Of a stretch of DNA of 64,000 bases, positions 52,401 through 64,000 are shown one piece after another. Below the pieces are notes generated by a model. That model worked only from the letters and a program-made list of their open reading frames with translations, was not told the DNA's origin and did no database searches. The position numbers and the translations under genes were made by a program. Where the stretch lies: NCBI GenBank assembly GCA_043228905.1, contig JBHGNT010000011.1:19654001-19718000 (forward strand), written 5' to 3'. Source of the stretch: Azolla caroliniana. Lineage: Eukaryota; Plantae; Polypodiophyta. Each line of letters begins with the position of its first letter. Positions within the stretch are counted from its first letter, which is position 1.

Positions 52401-55104
52401 TTTCTTAAAATGCAAACAAATGAAATTATAAATTACATGACTGCACGGCTGAAGAAAATTATCCAGATACAAGGATTCATTCAATGACATGTTCAGAAAT
52501 CTGAGTCACTTTTCAAACTACAAGGTTGTTTGTCATGTATCATACTAGAGTCACTTTTCAAACTTCAAGGTTGTTTGTCATGTATCATACTAGAGAGTCA
52601 CTTCTCAAACTTCAAGGTTGTTTGTCATGTATCATACTAAACTTGTGCCATATAATCAGTGCTAGGCACACGTCCAACCATAATATAATGGATAAGGGTA
52701 ATGATAATAACAATACTTTGGGATGACAGTGTAGTAAATGTATGATGCCCTGCTGTCTAAGGTCTAAGCTGAAACTTAATGAAGTAACATAGTCTCTGCT
52801 GCTCCACATGACGCAAGGGTGAGCAGCTTGTACTTTGTAGGATTTAGTAGCAGATACTCGAGAGGAAGGCTTTCAGAAAAGGTTGGAACACGAGGTAAGG
52901 CTGGATGCTATCAACAAATGTAATATTAGCCATGAGGAAGGAACAATCATGATGTAGATTGCAGTTGCAAAATAGGAAACTTTCTATACATAGTTGTGAG
53001 TCTTCGGAAGTTGGAAATGCTGGGAACTGCATGGGATGTACATGTAGAGGGAAAGTGTAGAATGGAATATTAACCATGAGGAAGGAACAATCATGATGTA
53101 GATTGCAGTATAAAATAGGAAACTTTCTATACATAGTTTTGAGTCTTCGGAAGTTGGAAACGCTGGCAACTGCATGGGATGTATATGTAGAGGGAAAGAG
53201 TAGAAATATGTTATTGAGAGTGTGGGATACTGGAACATGATATAAAGAAAAATTGAAATCTCAAAGAAAGTAACCTAAGAAGATGAGAGCATGAGAGATT
53301 TCAAAAAATTAAGCAATTGACGAAAATAATAACAAAGCATGTTGAAGAAAGTCTGTAGAGCTTGAAGGGAGTGGAATTGCAATAGCAGGTGTACTGATGT
53401 AATTGCACACAGTTTTCAGTCAGTGTATTGGTGTAAAATAAATTTGAATACATATCTATTATATGTATTTAAATATAAGTGAGTGAGTGAGTGAGTGTGT
53501 GTGTGTTATACACATAGTATAGAGGAGCAAGAAGTAAGCAGAGAAGACTGCCTATCAACAAAAATGTTCAGAAAACAGCTGAAATTTTTTAAAAAGACAG
53601 CCAGCTGTCCTGACAGGGACACTACATTGTGTCTAGGGTTGAATGGTGATGGATGTACTTGCGCATATATCTATTTCTCATCTTTCTTTTTTACTATAAA
53701 AGATATTGAATTATACAATATGAAAGGACACCCAAATTGTTTTCATAGTCATACGAATGCTGCAAGATTATCCACAGACCATCAAGGAAACAAGAAACAA
53801 GGTATTGTATTGTATTCTTCATGGTTGGTCTCCTGATGCTTAGTTTGCAATGAGAAGGAATGTCACACCACCATATGCTAAAAGCAATTCCAAGCAGCAT
53901 CACTGCTCATCCTTCCAAGCCTTCCAAGTGATACCAGGCGTATTGTCTTTTTCCCAGAGTATATATATTTCATTGTTTGGGTTCCTCTGTCTTGAGTCCA
54001 AGGCAATAAGAGGAAAACATGAGAGCTTTATAAGGTTCATAATCAATCGGGTCACTCTAGCGTGTATATAAAAATGGCCACCATCTCTGTATCTCTTTCA
54101 TTCTGTTGTTATGATTCTTATATTGTTTTCTTGTGCCTAATAATGGATGGACGTACATATCTGTACATCTGATTTGTCCCATAGGCCAAAATTTTCATAA
54201 CTCTTTCTTTGTTTTTCTCCACGTGTGTGCGTGTGTGCACGTGTATTTCTGTTTGCACAGTGCATGTATACACATCTCACGTTGTAAAATATGTGTATGT
54301 GATGCTGTGATGCATATTATACTGCCATACTCTATACTTAGGTCTTATATAATATGCATATGCACAAACGATTTAAGGTTTATAAGCTATCTTTTCAGCT
54401 GCTTTCGTATTTTGTTATGCAGTTTTATATATCATTCACAGACTTAAAATTACTTTTCTGCTGCTTTTTCCTCAGTCACGGATGCCATTGCCAACTGAAC
54501 TAATATTTGAGGATGTCAGCCAGGATCACGCCTACAAGACGGTTGGTTTCCATTTATTGGGTTAATAATATCTGTAGAGGTATGTATGCATGACTAGCTA
54601 GAATAGGCTAATTTATTGGTGCCTCTCTTTACAGGTCACGATTGAGGACCATCCTCACATAGCAGGGAAGCATGCATCTGTTCATCCATGCAAGCATGGT
54701 GCTGTGATGAAAAGAATTAACGATGTGCTGTTGAGCTGTGGGGTGGACCCAGAAGTCGATAAGTATGAGATACAAAGATTCAGAAATTTATAGCCAAAAT
54801 ACCCCAAGTAGGGTACTTCTGGAATGCATCTGAGTTTTTTGAAACAATCAAAATACCCTGCTGTAGTATAAAGTTTACTTCAAAGAGGAGTATTCTGGTA
54901 GTTTCTGAAACCTTAGTGGCAATCTGATACACACCCAACAAGGGGTATTTGGGTGTTTGTGTTATGTTTTAATGCAAGACTATATTCGCTAACAAATGGT
55001 GGTGCTCCCCGGACAGGTACCTCTTTTTGTTCTTGAAGTTTGTAGCATCTGTTATTCCAACGATAGAGTATGACTACACGATGGATTTCGACCTTGGCTC
55101 ATGA
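49456..55104 (+). CDS. ATG3: Autophagy-related protein 3 (E2-like enzyme for ATG8 lipidation), 300 aa
   Basis: Nine exons, all GT-AG (903 nt): 49456-49616, 49790-49860, 49975-50085, 51671-51810, 51906-51991, 52099-52150, 54476-54541, 54635-54762, 55017-55104. Motifs: [66 protein letters not shown], catalytic ASVHPCKH, YLFLFLKFVASVIPTIEYDYT. Confidence 0.96.
52503..52640. repeat. Intronic tandem repeat, 3 x ~45 bp
   Basis: GAGTCACTTTTCAAACT.CAAGGTTGTTTGTCATGTATCATACTA occurs three times. Confidence 0.92.
52922..53205. repeat. Intronic tandem duplication, 2 x ~144 bp
   Basis: AATATTA.CCATGAGGAAGGAACAATCATGATGTAG...GTAGAGGGAAAG.GTAGAA occurs twice. Confidence 0.92.
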
Positions 55105-55599
55105 GAATGGGATTGTATTATCACGTCATGTGGGGTTATTATCGTTCTCATTGGCATTTGGCATTTGGCATTTGTGCAAATATGTGTTGGCCAAGAACAT
55201 GCAACTTTGTATAAAATTCTTTGAAGGCTACTCTAATTTCAAGGGTTTGTACATTTCTTGTCTCAGTATACGCTTTTACACCTCCATTTCCTATTCATGA
55301 TAATAGCTATCTATGAATTTGGTCTTTCACATAGTTCAAAGAACTGCATCGCTTGTTCAAATAAATGAAAGAGATGTGCTGTTAAACCTTAATAATGCCA
55401 AATATGTGACGTTAAAATCTTTGAATGTGATGCAAATGTCAATATATTTCTGAAACTGAGATTGGTACTTCATACTCAATTTTAGAACATTTTGTATCAA
55501 TTATACAATATGAAAGGACACCCAAATTGTTTTCATAGTCATACGAATGCTGCAAGATTATCCACAGACCATCAAGGAAACAAGGAACAAGGTATTGTA
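53709..55599 (+). repeat. Dispersed 101-bp direct repeat (53709-53809 and 55499-55599)
   Basis: AATTATACAATATGAAAGGACACCC...CAAGGTATTGTA, with one mismatch between copies. Confidence 0.95.
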
Positions 55600-56062
55600 A
55601 CATAACAAGGCCATTTTATGGTAAGATCAAGAGTTATTTCAATATTATTGGTACCATTGCTTTTATACAACAAGAATATGCAAAATTGATTAAATAATAT
55701 TTTGCTGAGATGAATAATTGCATTAGCTGTTTGATCTTCAAACATTAAAAATGGTCGTGTACAATGATGATTCACCTCACAAATGAGATATTTTAGGAAA
55801 AAGTATATTAATTCTATACAATGATGAATGGCGTATCATGTCGCAAAATGAGAGTACTTGCAAATGAGAGTGTTTGATCCAAGTATCAAAATTTTATGTG
55901 ACAAACAATGGTCAAGCTGGAAAGAAAACAAGGCATTCCATGCTAGAATGCTAGAGGATAGCTAAAAGCATTGTGTCTATGTCATGAGATGCCCATTTCA
56001 TGAATATTCCATTGAAATATTTGGGCTTAGTTGTATGATAACTCTAATATTGTAGATTGCCG

Positions 56063-56208
56063 TGACAATGCTTCTTTAGTCCTTAAATATGCTTTATAAT
56101 TTGCTTTCCACAACCGATTATTTGAAAAACAATATGACAATGCTTCTTTAGTCCTAAAAGTATGGCTTTACAATTTGTTCCCCACAACCAAATGTTTGAA
56201 AAACAATA
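56063..56208. repeat. Tandem duplication, 2 x ~72 bp
   Basis: TGACAATGCTTCTTTAGTCCT...TTTGAAAAACAATA occurs twice. Confidence 0.85.
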
Positions 56209-56896
56209 TTATGTAACAAATGGATTTCACAAAACATGCATCTACTTATATGGTATGGTTAGGCACATGCATGCGTGCCATCTACATAATAAATGTTACA
56301 ATCAAGAGAGCATATTGTGATTGTGTGAGGAATGTGTAAAGGGACTCCAAGAGAGCAAACCTACATTGACAATGTGTGGAATGCAAACTCAGTATGTGGC
56401 CAAATATAGGGCATTGTATCAAAGTGTGAAGACAATATCTTAAAAAGGCCCAAATATTCATTTACAATGTTTCCACCCTTTTTTTCACACTAGGGTGGCC
56501 ACAAGGACATGTGCTCAAGCTTTTCTTTAATGCCTATGCTAGCACATCATTGTATTTGTCCTAGTACATGTCAATGCTTGTGCCAATGAAATGTATGGTG
56601 TGTACTTCACAATCATATTGTATGGGAACATAAAAGGAAACAAAATACTCGTGCCCTGAACATGATCTTGATCTATATGAAGGGAATGTGATGTGTGTGC
56701 GTGCATGGAGGGAAGGAAATCTCTTGACGAGGGGTAACAATTGCCCCAAGTTGATTGTTGGTCGAACACTAGCATTAAAAAGATCCGGTCATAGAAATAT
56801 TTTTGTTCATCGGTAATAGAAATTACATTGGTGGGAGTGTAGGCCGAGACAACTTCCGCCTAGGTCTCCACAATGGGTAGAGCTACATACTCCTCC

Positions 56897-57240
56897 TGTC
56901 AATTGCACAGATGAGGGGCATCTCAGAGATATAACTAAAAACCAAGTGGACCAAGGGGGTATGTATGTAGGTACGAGTGTATGTATGTATGTATGTATGT
57001 ATGTATGTATGTATGTATGTATGTATGTATTCTTCCCTTTGTTGATTAGGGCCCTTTTATACTACATATCTTCTTCTTCCTCTTGTCAATTGCACAGATG
57101 AGGGGCATCTCAGAGATATAACTAAAAACCAAGTGGACCAAGGGGGTATGTATGTAGGTACGTGTGTATGTATGTATGTATGTATGTATGTATTCTTCCC
57201 TTTGTTGATTAGGGCCCTTTTATACTACATATCTTCTTCT
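56897..57240. repeat. Tandem duplication (187-bp period) containing (TATG)n, in the TFIIS promoter
   Basis: TGTCAATTGCACAGATGAGGGGC...TAGGGCCCTTTTATACTACATATCTTC starts at 56897 and 57084. The copies differ mainly in TATG repeat number. Confidence 0.95.
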
Positions 57241-57442
57241 TCTTCTTCTTCTTCTTCTTCTAATTTGTTTCTTCTATCTATTATACTACTAATTCGATGC
57301 GGTTTTCTTCCGCAACGAAGAAAACCTCTCTGTTACCTGTCAATTTCTAGGGTTTGGCGCAGAGAGAGAGTGTGTGTGTGTGTGACAAAGGGGGCAAGAG
57401 GAAGGGACGGAGAGAGAACCCATCACGGGTATATCTATCGAG

Positions 57443-59567
57443 ATGGGTTCAGATCAAGAGGAGCTAGTGAGGCTCTTCCAGAAAGCAAGCAAAGCTGCAG
57501 ATTCTGCTTCTGACATTGGCGGAGAAACGGAGGAATGTCGTTGCGTCGAAGCTATAAAGCTCATGCATTCTCTTCCTGTCACAACCTCCATTCTCGTCTC
57601 TACACAGGTATTTGCTTCTCATAACACCACTATTTCATTACCCTTTTCCCGCTTGGTCTTGTTATTCGTATTCTGTTTTAGGATTTTCTTCAGTGTTGTT
57701 ATCTCTCTCTTTCTGCGCCTCCATTGTTAAATAAGTAAAGGATCTTTCTGATTTTTATTTCTATTCTGATTCTTATTTGTGTGAAAGATTTGGGTTCATT
57801 ATTTTCCCTCCCTCTCATCTTAGTTGAAATTTGAGATGAGAAATTTAGGGTTTTCGACGAGTTTCTTTATGTTTTAACACGTGAGAGATGGAGTTTCAAC
57901 TCCATGAATTTGTTCTCGTCTCGGAAGAGCTGGCTTTTTGAGGAAAGAATTGAAATAAAGGAGAACTTATGATTTTCGCGGGTATGTAGTTTCAACATTT
58001 TAGGAAGCCAGTTTTGACTGTATTGGTTTATGAGAATGTAATTTTTTGAGTAGAGTATTGAATTAGAGGAGAAAACATTAAAACCCTTTACAATGAAGTG
58101 AGCCTTGTATTTAGAAAATTTGATTTGGCATGATCAAGGTTGACCCAGGTGCAAGTTTGAGTTATTTGTTTGACTACCATTAATACTGTAATAATACTTT
58201 TTCACGAGTTATCAAGTTGAGTTGAATTCTGGCAATTCTGTATCTGTTTTCCTATTTTAGGTTTGATAAGCTTGTAGATTTAATGCATATTGAATTAACA
58301 AGTAAACTAGGCCGTGAATTTGTTTGATCATGATTAATGTTGTTTCTGAGGGTTTTTTAGGCTCTTAGGTTTACTTCAATATAGGGTTTTGGCAAGTGTG
58401 CAACTTTTTCAGAGTATTTTTTAGCTTCTTAAATCTCTCAGGACTTTGCAGATTGGATGGACAGGGACCAAATCGGGTTTTGAAAACTAGTTGTTTGAAT
58501 ATTTTAAGTTTCCTAATTGCTTGCATCTTATGGTTGAATGAAAGAAAAACTCAGGATCTTGAAAAGCTTATGCTTATTTTTTAACGTTTTGAGATTTTCA
58601 AATTGCTTGATCTTGAACTCAGAAAATCTCGGTTTTGGCAAGTATATAGTTGTTTTCAACATTTTTAGATTTTGCTAAGTTTGTTTGTGTTATTCAGGTT
58701 GGAAAGCAATTGCGCCGCCTCACAAAACACAGCCGACCCAAAATTCAGAAAGCTGCTAGTGATCTATTAGAAGCATGGAAAAGGGTAGTTGCAACAGAAG
58801 CAAAGAATGGGATCACAGATCCCTCTCCATCAGAAAGTGGGCTACGTAAACCATCATCTCCTTCAGTGAAGATCCAGAAGAATTCAACTGATACAAAAGT
58901 AGTTATAGAAACTAAACCCAAGGTGGAGACGGTTGCGTCAAGTAGCACAATATCTAGAGGCAAAGTAGATACAGAGACATCAAGTTTATCTAGTTCGTCA
59001 GAAACGAAGCAAGTTAAGCCATTGAATTTGGCACTTATACCGAAGACTAAGGAAGCGACGAGAGATAAAATCCGGGAACTTCTAGCTGAGGCATTTTCGA
59101 AGGTAGAGAATGAAGCAGATGGGCATGATGTGGCTAGAGCTCGGGCTTCAGATCCAATCGCTATGGCCGTGTCAGTAGAATCAGTAATGTTCCAAACATT
59201 TGGTCTTTCCAAAGGTGTGAATAAGATGAAGTACCGATCAATAATGTTTAATATTCGTGATGCAAATAACCATGATTTGAGGCGAAGGGTTCTTCTCGGA
59301 GATGTGAGCCCTGGTGATCTTGTGAACATGTCAGCTGAAGACATGGCTAGTGACCAACGGAAGATGGAGAATGATGAAATAAAGAAGAAAGCTCTCTTCG
59401 AGTGTGAAAGAGGACAAGCACGACAAGCGTCCACAGACCAGTTCAAATGTGGCAAATGTGGGCAACGTAAATGCACATACTATCAAATGCAGACACGGAG
59501 TGCTGATGAACCCATGACTACATTTGTGACTTGTGTTAACTGCAACAATAGATGGAAATTCTGCTAG
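57443..59567 (+). CDS. TFIIS: Transcription elongation factor TFIIS, 344 aa
   Basis: Exons 57443-57607 (MGSDQEELVRLFQKA..LPVTTSILVSTQ) and 58698-59567 (VGKQLRRLTKH..RDKIRELLAEA..KYRSIMFN..TDQFKCGKCGQRKCTYYQMQTRSADEPMTTFVTCVNCNNRWKFC) include the Zn-ribbon and RSADEP acidic hairpin. Confidence 0.97.
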
Positions 59568-62500
59568 TTAAAAGAAGAAAAGACTAGATAAATTAGAGGG
59601 GAATTTGTTCTGTTTTCTTCCCCATAGGTTGCCTCTGTTTTAGCTGTGCATGACTGAGATTTGCTAAGCTTATCACACAAAGGTTGTGAGTGATCCAGTT
59701 GTGCAATGAGGAAAAAATCCCTAACTTATGTGAAAATGGATCATTTTAGGCCAATTAGTTAGTGAATCAAGTAGTTCATATTTGTTAGGGGGTCTGTATC
59801 CAAAAAAGACATTGGTATCTGAGCCAGTTAAAAATTCTCATGTATTATTACCTGTGAGCCCATTGTTCGTTTCTTCTGGTTCAGTTCTTCCTCATTTTCT
59901 GTGGATCACGATAAAAGTGTCGTGTATATGATTCCATCACTTACTGAAATGTTCTTTTTTTGTGTTGCATATTTTCGGCCATATTGATATACCCAACGGT
60001 TTAGATGCAGGTGCAACACTGGTTGTAAGATCTCTGTAGCACATTTGATGGAAGTGTTTCTACACTACTATTTATTGATAACCCTTATTGTATCTCTCTT
60101 TATTTTATCTTCGTAAGAATGTGATGATGGGTTGATTATGCTTTAGTCATTTTCATAACTATCAGCCTGGAATTGTAGCTTCACTTTTGACATGACTTGT
60201 TGAAAGGTAGCTGGCAGGTGACTCCAAGGTAGCCCCGTCAGCCCTTTGAGAGTAATTGCAGCTGTTTTACCAGTTTAGGTGAGTCTCCTGGACCTTGAAT
60301 GCTTTATGGTGTTTACACATGTATATTACTTATTCAACAAGTGTAAAAGACCTAGGGTGACTATGAAGTACCATAACAAGTAAATGGACTGAGGAAATTT
60401 TATTAGGCAGTTTTCTCACCTTCGTTGTCATCTACACATTGATGTGTTATGTGGTTTATGAAAAGTAATTTTAAGCCCATATCAAGGATCGAACTAGGAA
60501 TCTCTCAATAGAAAGACCATTATAGAGAAAGAAGAGGTATACAATGCAATTAGTGTATGAGAAATGGGTTCTTGTTTGGGAGTGACTATGGAGTACCATA
60601 GTAAGAACATAGGCTAAAAGAAAATTTCACTTGGTATTACATTCAAATTTTGTGGCCACATTGTCCTTTGAGGAATTTCTTATACATTAAGATTTATATG
60701 CATTTTTGCCTTTGGCATTTTGATGCAATTTGCGAGTGTGGTTTGACATCCTTGAAGGTTGTTCTAGTGTATTTAATCTTGCATCAAAACTAGTGACTTG
60801 GTAGAATTTTAATGTTGGTGCAAGATAAAGTTGAATAGAAACCCAATTCACCTAGTATCTAGCAGCACCTAGTCAACCAACCAATAGCGAGCTTTTTTTT
60901 CTCCGGTCAGGCATGTGGTGAATAAGCTCAAGCCACTTCCCTTCTGGTTTGAAATGTCACGGGTTAGGGTATTTTAATATCAACATCAATCCACTTTTAA
61001 GTATAATTGTATTCAACATTTCACAACGCATTAGTACAAGAGAAGATTGGGCATCAAGTTGTGATGACTTCTAAAGAAGATATCAATGAAAATCATGAGA
61101 AATATATAATTTCACATCTTTCTAATGATAAAAGCCTAAAACAATTTCTCCAAGACACTCTACAAAAGTATGTAGGTTTGGGCTACAACACGCATACTTA
61201 AATCAAAGGTAAGATTTGGTGGGGTTGACAACAACCATCAATAGACAGGAAAACTATAATAAGAAGATGTTGACAAGGCATGGAGCATGGTTAGAGTATG
61301 TAAAGGACCATTTGTTGGATGTTACAATGCAACATCAACAATGGTGTGCAATCAAGAGGGCTGACAAAAAATGCCACTTTTAAAGCTATACAGAGTGAAT
61401 CCTTGCAGTATAAACAATATGTCCAATCATCCGTCGGATGGAGATTGAAGGGTACTTTGATGAATGTTGCAAGGACTTACCAAGTTAAACATTTAGGTAA
61501 CTAACTATCAAGGATACCCGTGCTGGCATAGCAAGGATGCCAAATGTATACAAGAAACAATTATAATTTGTGGAGAATTGCCCTTTATTAAGTAGCAAGG
61601 GGTAATGCTCATTGTGTTAATGTGATAGGAACCCTTTAGTGTTTTGAACTCGTATAATGGGGCAAAGATCTATTAGGTAAAATAGGGTCTTTTAAAACCC
61701 AACTTTGGGGCTATGCTTGGGTGTGCACTAAGATTCATTCTTCTCCCTGTAGCTTTTCCATGCTAATTAATTGCAAGATATACATGTTTTTTGTTTACCA
61801 GTTATCTATTTAATTGAGACAAATGATATGTTTCTTATGTAGTAATCTATTTAATTAAGACAAACATATTTCTTAATAGGTGAGAGTGATTAGATGGTTA
61901 TTTTAGTTTAGCTCAAGAAGACTAAGACTTCCACAATTGCAAGGAGTGGAGAGGTGAGTGCATTTATGAATTGAAGTATGATGGTCCTTGCCATTGGCGA
62001 GTGACACCCCCAAATTCCTTGGTTAGCTCACCATGAGGAAGGTGGCCTCTTGAGACTTGGCAATGACCTATAAACTTTTTGAGATTAACAATGGTTGATA
62101 CACTTAATTACTACATTACTAAGTAAAAAAAACAATTATATACAAAGTGGAAAAGATACATGGAGAGAGTGGCTTTTAATGTAGGTAATGGAGAAGAGTG
62201 ACGACCATAAGTTAGCTCCAAAGACCATTTTACAATGAGAGTTATGCTCATTAACAAATTTGAGACCCTAAATGTCCCTAATAAAAGCAGTTACCACACA
62301 ACGTACAATATAAGCATGTTTCTTGCATACAAGGGTACTTTCTACATATAAAAGGATGTGTCATTTTTCTTTTGGGATTTCTCCAATATGTTAACTAATA
62401 AACATCTACATCTCAAGATAATGCAACAATAATTTATTTTACATAAGGATGGCAACTTTCCCTCTTAACAAGCACAAAGCATGACATGCGATATAGGAAT

Positions 62501-62834
62501 ATTCATGCATTATCTCCTATCCAATAAGCTCATAGTGCACATGGAACAACACGTCTTGGTGTACAAATGGGAAATTGAATTGATATTATGTATGACTTGT
62601 AACTAAGTTTTAATTTTGAACATGCATAACTCGGTGTTAAGTACCTACCGTACATAGCATAACTCGTGAACATTTTCATTGGTACCAAGGATCAAGTGTG
62701 AGACCACGAGAAAAGGGAACACAACCTAGTAGCCATTCCAATGTGAAAGGGGACAATCTCTTTGTACAATAATTATAAATGTCACTTTTATGCCATTTTA
62801 GTTCTTCTTGAACATTCTCTTTCCCTAAGACTTC

Positions 62835-62836
<2 letters not shown>

Positions 62837-62887
<51 letters not shown>
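62837..62887. repeat. (CT)n microsatellite
   Basis: Seen directly. Confidence 0.95.
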
Positions 62888-62890
<3 letters not shown>

Positions 62891-63379
62891 CTACATAGAG
62901 ATTAGCATTAAGCGTTCTTTTAGCAAAACCCTAATATTCTATTCTCTTGTATGTGTCGATGATGGTCACTAAATTGAAGTGTGGTCAATTTATTTGTGTT
63001 TATCATATTATTTGTCTACATTATCTAATGCTTAAACCCTTAATATGACATGAGTGAACTTCTTGGTGAGGATAAACTTTGAGAGAGGTGTGAGAGCTCA
63101 TTTAGTCTTATGTATGTAAGGTTAGTAGCTCCATAGTTATTGACAACCACTCTCATTTGACTTGCCACCAATATGGTATACAATGGTTTAGATCCCTTAG
63201 TGTGTGATATTTGCATAGATGTACAACTTTGTTGATACAAATGTGTGTGCTTGTTGAGAACACCATGAGCCAACACACTTGGAGTTTCAAATAATCATGG
63301 AGGTTCTCTACAAGCAATGGTTCATGATGAAATCCTATAGAGATATGTCTAAGAACACATAAAGTAAACATGATATATG

Positions 63380-64000
63380 AATAATCATGGGACACATGGA
63401 AAATGATTTGATTGAGAGGAAAACCCTAATGATCAAACTCTCATGACCATGGTTACGCATGAACGAGCTCAAAAGTGTGGCATGTGTATGAGATAGGACC
63501 AACAAAACGACAAAGATTTCATGCCCATTGACAAAATACTCTTGTTGGATTTGTTCACTAAATGGGGATGTATTTTGTTGGGCCACATCAACCTAACACT
63601 AGAATTGGTACAAACATATTCTCATTGGCATGGAAATCAAATGGCCTTAAGTTGTTAAAATCAGATAAATAAGGTGTTCAATGTTGCAAACTTTTTGCAT
63701 TTCATGACCATGTTTGGTTGTCCTATTGGGGTGTTGTGTTCATAGAGCTCTCCATAAAGCAAATATGATGATCCTCAATTCAACAACTATGAAACATCTT
63801 CTAACAAAATCCTAGTTCAAATTATAAGAAGGATTGTTGAAGCAAGCAAAATTTATTACAATTGGAATTTGAATAGTGCATTACAAGCATTTTGAGCGTC
63901 ATATATGGATAACAGTCTTTTCGGTGGAGTTTAAACTAGAGACAATATTGCCCATCAAATTCATTATGTTTATCTAAGGATTGTGCTCTTTCAAAGGTTG
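63380..64000 (+). mobile_element. Degenerate Ty3/gypsy integrase fragment (element probably extends upstream to ~61 kb and beyond the window end)
   Basis: The + strand gives KCGMC, MPIDKILLLDLFTKWG (cf. PFxKWGxDF), FGCP and SNKILVQIIRRIVEASK..WNLNSALQAF (cf. SNKxLxxILRKxV..WDxxLxxALWAY), with stops and frameshifts. Confidence 0.7.

Noticed and set aside
58745-59476. 243-aa antisense ORF
   Set aside because: It is the antisense shadow of TFIIS exon 2 and has no independent motifs.
1709-59567. The eight genes as a functional or biosynthetic cluster
   Set aside because: Their functions are unrelated (ubiquitin/kinase signalling, N-glycan fucosylation, lipid hydroxylation, complex I, autophagy, transcription). 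Nothing in the sequence suggests co-function beyond NDUFB7 and the SMIM8-like gene both possibly being mitochondrial.

Overview
Eukaryotic, AT-rich, intron-containing land-plant genomic DNA. A seed-free plant, probably a fern, is my inference from protein divergence and repeat style and is not proven. Eight protein-coding genes were assembled by hand with frame-consistent splice sites: (1) a USP-domain/kinase/U-box (class IV PUB) gene, minus strand, 1709-9778; (2) a divergently transcribed GT10 alpha-1,4-fucosyltransferase (FUT13-like), 11094-12970; (3) a CYP704B-like cytochrome P450, minus strand, 18578-20968; (4) complex I subunit NDUFB7/B18, 24651-24890; (5) a small SMIM8/DUF4500-like membrane protein, minus strand, 33702-33965; (6) a CIP7 (COP1-interacting protein 7)-like gene, 39048-46172; (7) ATG3, 49456-55104; (8) TFIIS, 57443-59567. 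Introns and intergenic DNA hold MITEs and non-autonomous hAT-like elements, degenerate Copia, Gypsy, LINE and MULE fragments, local tandem duplications and microsatellites. The most notable observations are the SMIM8-like microprotein, a duplicated 3' splice site and a GC-AG intron in the PUB gene, a candidate 5-kb TE-filled 3'UTR intron in NDUFB7 placed 49 nt after the stop, a 96-bp near-perfect inverted repeat without TSD, and an array of tRNA-T-arm/B-box-like repeats upstream of ATG3. I see no convincing multi-gene novel system.
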